Positions 60,521 through 64,000 of a stretch of DNA of 64,000 bases are shown one piece after another. The stretch's first letter is position 1, and each line of letters opens with the position of its first letter. Source of the DNA: the human T2T-CHM13v2.0 reference genome, Homo sapiens; NCBI RefSeq assembly GCF_009914755.1, contig NC_060926.1; one strand, written 5' to 3'. Below the pieces are notes generated by a model, which worked only from the letters and a program-made list of their open reading frames with translations, had not been told where the DNA came from and made no database searches. The translations under genes were made by a program, and so were the position numbers.

Positions 60521-62189
60521 CCATCTGGCCGTTGCTCGGTGGGGGAGGAAGCAGCCCCTCTGACAAGTGTACTCATGGATATTGCCACCAGCATTTATTA
60601 ATAACAGATGAGCCAAGTGCTCAGCAGAATTGCAATCCTAAGGACTCTCAAGCATTTCTCTCAAGATATTTTTTCTTATCTCATGAAATCATGCAGTCTA
60701 GTCATTATCTGATACATGTACCCCCATGATGGTTTTGACCACCACCCTCCTTCCCTCTTGTCCACTTGTAGGACAGGAGAATTGCTCTGTGCCTGATGTC
60801 ACCATAGGTCCTGGCTACCCACCATTCTCTGTAAAGAGTGAGTGCCAAGAGCTTTCAGTGAGGTACATTCCACTGGAGTGGGAGGTTTTAGCAGCTCTTT
60901 CCTTCATAACTGAAACAGTTGATTGATTGTGCTGTTACCAGGCTCTGTTTGTTTGCCCCACTGGGTTTGCATCCCTACAAGAAGCCCCCTCTGTCTTTTT
61001 GCAGGTGCTTGAGCAAGTACACCATGCTAGTGAGCAGTTCAACAGAATCCATTTTCTTAGAAAAACTGGTGAAGTGAACACAGCTTACCAGGATACAATA
61101 TCCAAATTAGCACACTACCTTTTATTGTTATTAATATCACCATGACCGCTATTATTAACCTCTCCCTCTTATACAAACACATTCACTCATATGCATCCTA
61201 TTTCAGAAGGTTTATCTTCTTAAAGACTGATATAATTTTCACATTTTACTTTAAACAGTAAATACAAGTGTAGGAGGCCAGAAAGCAACAGCTAAGTTAG
61301 ACCCTAGTCCGTAAATTCCAATCCCTTATAAGAAGGAATCTCTTCCAATGAGACCTTTTGTTTTTCCTGCCCCAAGGTGAATGTTTTGAGAACCTTTGCA
61401 TCAAATCAATTCAGATACTTGTCTTTAACTTGCAAAACTTAAACAAATGGACTTTTTTCTGCTAGCACTATTTTAGGATTCACAGAAAATCCAGTCTCCT
61501 TAAGCAGTTGAATTGAGGTTTTTGCCAAAATTGTGAGGGTTTGAAAATCGGCTTTAAATTTAGAGCATGCCCATGGTAAGGTTGCGCGGGTGTCCTATGG
61601 CTCTGTAGAATTAAGCATTAACGTTGCAGCTGGATTCCATTTCTTTGTGAACATGCAAATTAACATCTTCAGTGGCTTCCTCTGCCTGCATACTTATATA
61701 CCAGCCTCCAAATGTGTTATTTGTTATTAAAATCACCGTATTTATGTGTGGGGGTTTGCGGTGACTTTCCCAGATGCAGTGATCCTAATTGTAACCATAC
61801 AGGTTATTCAAACATAGCTTGGATATTTAAAACAGAAGCGAATCTAGGCCAGCATGCAGTTAGTTGAGTGTAATGTAGATGTGAAAAGACTCCTTGTGGC
61901 CGGTAGTGTTCGGTTCTGTTAGCTCCAAGAATATATCTTCCTATGGTGATTGAATAATGTGCAACTGACCTGGGTCCTTCCAGGTACCTACTTTTAAACC
62001 AGGAGTTATAATAGATTTATAAATCTTTAGGCTTTACTGGTATTTGCTTTCTGTGAACAGGAAATCTAGGGAGCTAACTGCCCCCCTGCAATATGAAAGG
62101 CACATGTTCCCCAAATGTGACTTTGGGGGCTCTCTGGGGTTTAATAACAAACACTTGCTTGGTTTTTGGGACTGGTGTTTCTTCAACTC

Positions 62190-62336
62190 ACCCATGCATG
62201 GGAACCGTCTGAAGAGATTGTGTAAACGCAGATTCTACTTCAGTAGGGCTGTCGTGGGGCCTGGAACTCTGCATTTCTAACACAATTCCACATAGTGCTG
62301 ATGGTACTGGTCCAGGGAACACACTTGGAGTAGCAG
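62190..62336. mobile_element. MER5A-like fragment
   Basis: GTGGGGCCTGGAACTCTGCATTTCTAAC..TGCTGATG..CTGGTCCAGGGAACACACTTGGAGTAGCA. Confidence 0.75.
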
Positions 62337-63737
62337 GATCTGCAGCCAAATAAATACAACCCAGTCTCCAAACTAGAGCGGACAGGCCCCCAGGAGGCTG
62401 TTTCCATGGGCCCTGGGTTTTGCTAGCCTTCCCGTCCCACTTATACACACTTACATTTGCAGAGGAGAAATGGTGAACACCTGACAACATTTGTTTAATT
62501 TTTATCGTTGTGGGGCCTTTTGGGAGGGAGGAAGAAGAGTATCTCAGCCAACCACCAACTCCCACCCCCTAAACCATCAAGATTGCTAGCGTTGTGCTTG
62601 TAGTTTTCCAAAAATGTACATGAACATAGCTGATCCACCCACTTTGGTGGATAACCTTGCCAATAACAGAGGCAGCTCAGCCAGGAGTGAGTGATTGGTC
62701 CAGAATAAACCCACCCAGGTGGCAGTCAGTTCTTCACTGCCCTGTTTAGACCTGGCCTGAGGATTGACATTTCCTTTAACTGTCTCAAATGAGAGCTATC
62801 CTGGGCTTCTTCCAGCAACCCGTGCCTCCTCCCAGACTCTGCAATCCTGTGGGTGCTCCATAAATACTTGTTGACTGACTTGACTCATTCCCTTGGGGAG
62901 GGAAAAAAAAAAACAGGAGGAAGTAGGGAAAGGGGGAGTGAACTTGGTTTTCCGTCTCTCGTAAGTATCATAAGGAAATACCTAGCCTAATGTCTGTTGG
63001 CAGACTATGACTGTTTGCATTCTACAAAGTAGCATTTGAAATTTTAGTTTTTGCTTTTCACTAGTTGCAGTTTTTCTCTGTGTGCTGAATGCAGAAAGTA
63101 GTTCCCTTTGGAATTTCCATCTGGGAACCCAGCAGGAGAACCAGCTGCTGCCACTGCCGCTACTGCTAAGGAAAAAGTGGTCCCTCGCTGGCCTGTGCTG
63201 GTGTGGGCCCCGATTCTCGTGCAGTTACCCTTGCATGGGTGAGCAGAGTCCTGGGTATTTGCTCTGGCGACACCAGTTTTTGATTGTTTACAGGCTGGGT
63301 TTTCCCTAGTTGTTCAGCTGTGAGAATCTGAGGATATGTTTGTTCTTTCCTAATTGCATCCTGTGCCTCTTTCCTTTTTTTCCCTCCAGAAGTGGAAGGC
63401 ATTTTTCTGCCTTGATAAAGTGTACCAGGCCAAGGGGCCTGTTGTACTCCAAAACCCCTCTTCTCAAGGTGACCCCAGTTGCCACTCACCTGCTTTTCTG
63501 GGGGTCTGCGGAACCTTCCTCACAGCCTGCACAACTGTCTCCCTTAAGAACCCTTCCTGGTACAAAGCCTCCATAAAACTCATTTGCTCTTGAGTCTTAG
63601 TTCTGGTGGAACATATCCCTGAGTTTTTGCACACTGGGCCTCCATCCAGGCCTTTTCCTGGGAGAGTAGAAAACCCATGGGCTCTGTGGGGTGGGGAAAA
63701 GCCCTCAGTTCTGGGTCTGGAAGCATCATCAGTTGCA

Positions 63738-63860
63738 GCCATGAGCAAGGTTTTGCCATTCTGTGCCTCAGTTTCCTCATCTGTGAAAAGGTGATAACAT
63801 TATTTCTTTATCCCACTATGTTGTTCTGAGGATTAAGTGAGTTTGCAGTGTAAAGACATA
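63738..63860 (+). mobile_element. MIR
   Basis: CTGTGCCTCAGTTTCCTCATCTGTGAAA, GAGGATTAAGTGAG. Confidence 0.8.
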
Positions 63861-64000
63861 GACAAAGACATAGGGACAGAGAAAGGTAACATTTGTTATT
63901 GTTGTTTTTCTGTAGCATTTGTGTCTAATGCAGTGGACTGTGTGCCCAATAAATGAGTCCTTTAAATTAATGATAGAAAGAGAAGTGGGGAAATGGGTTA

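Noticed and set aside
61563-61572. Perfect p53 half-site GAGCATGCCC
   Set aside because: No adjacent second half-site

Overview
This is primate (most likely human) euchromatic non-coding DNA, not a microbial locus. It is dense in interspersed repeats: about 45 Alu/FLAM/FRAM copies, many MIR and L2 relics, several old L1M fragments, one 2.58 kb 5'-truncated L1PA, a solo MaLR LTR and several DNA-transposon relics (Tigger2-, MER47-, Tigger4-, MER5- and MER33-like). It also holds two small-RNA retropseudogenes (U6 and hY3). I find no intact protein-coding gene, tRNA, rRNA or CRISPR array. Every ORF in the supplied track is explained by Alu/L1 sequence or chance, and the only protein homology is the frameshifted L1 ORF2p remnant at 37.7-40.3 kb. 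The window reads like a large intron or intergenic regulatory region, and I cannot name the host locus. I cannot support a new biological system. The best leads are a candidate 15-nt micro-exon (55818-55832), a perfect 20-bp hairpin fused to a 24-nt Alu scrap (51199-51265), a 51-bp TSD-flanked retro-insertion resembling an ERV LTR fragment (28627-28677), an extended CTCF motif (241-275), and a Sox-Oct element beside an ATG-bearing splice donor (61.5-61.7 kb). Repeat subfamily names come from my recollection of consensus sequences, and most repeat boundaries are approximate (about 10-30 bp); both need RepeatMasker/Dfam confirmation.
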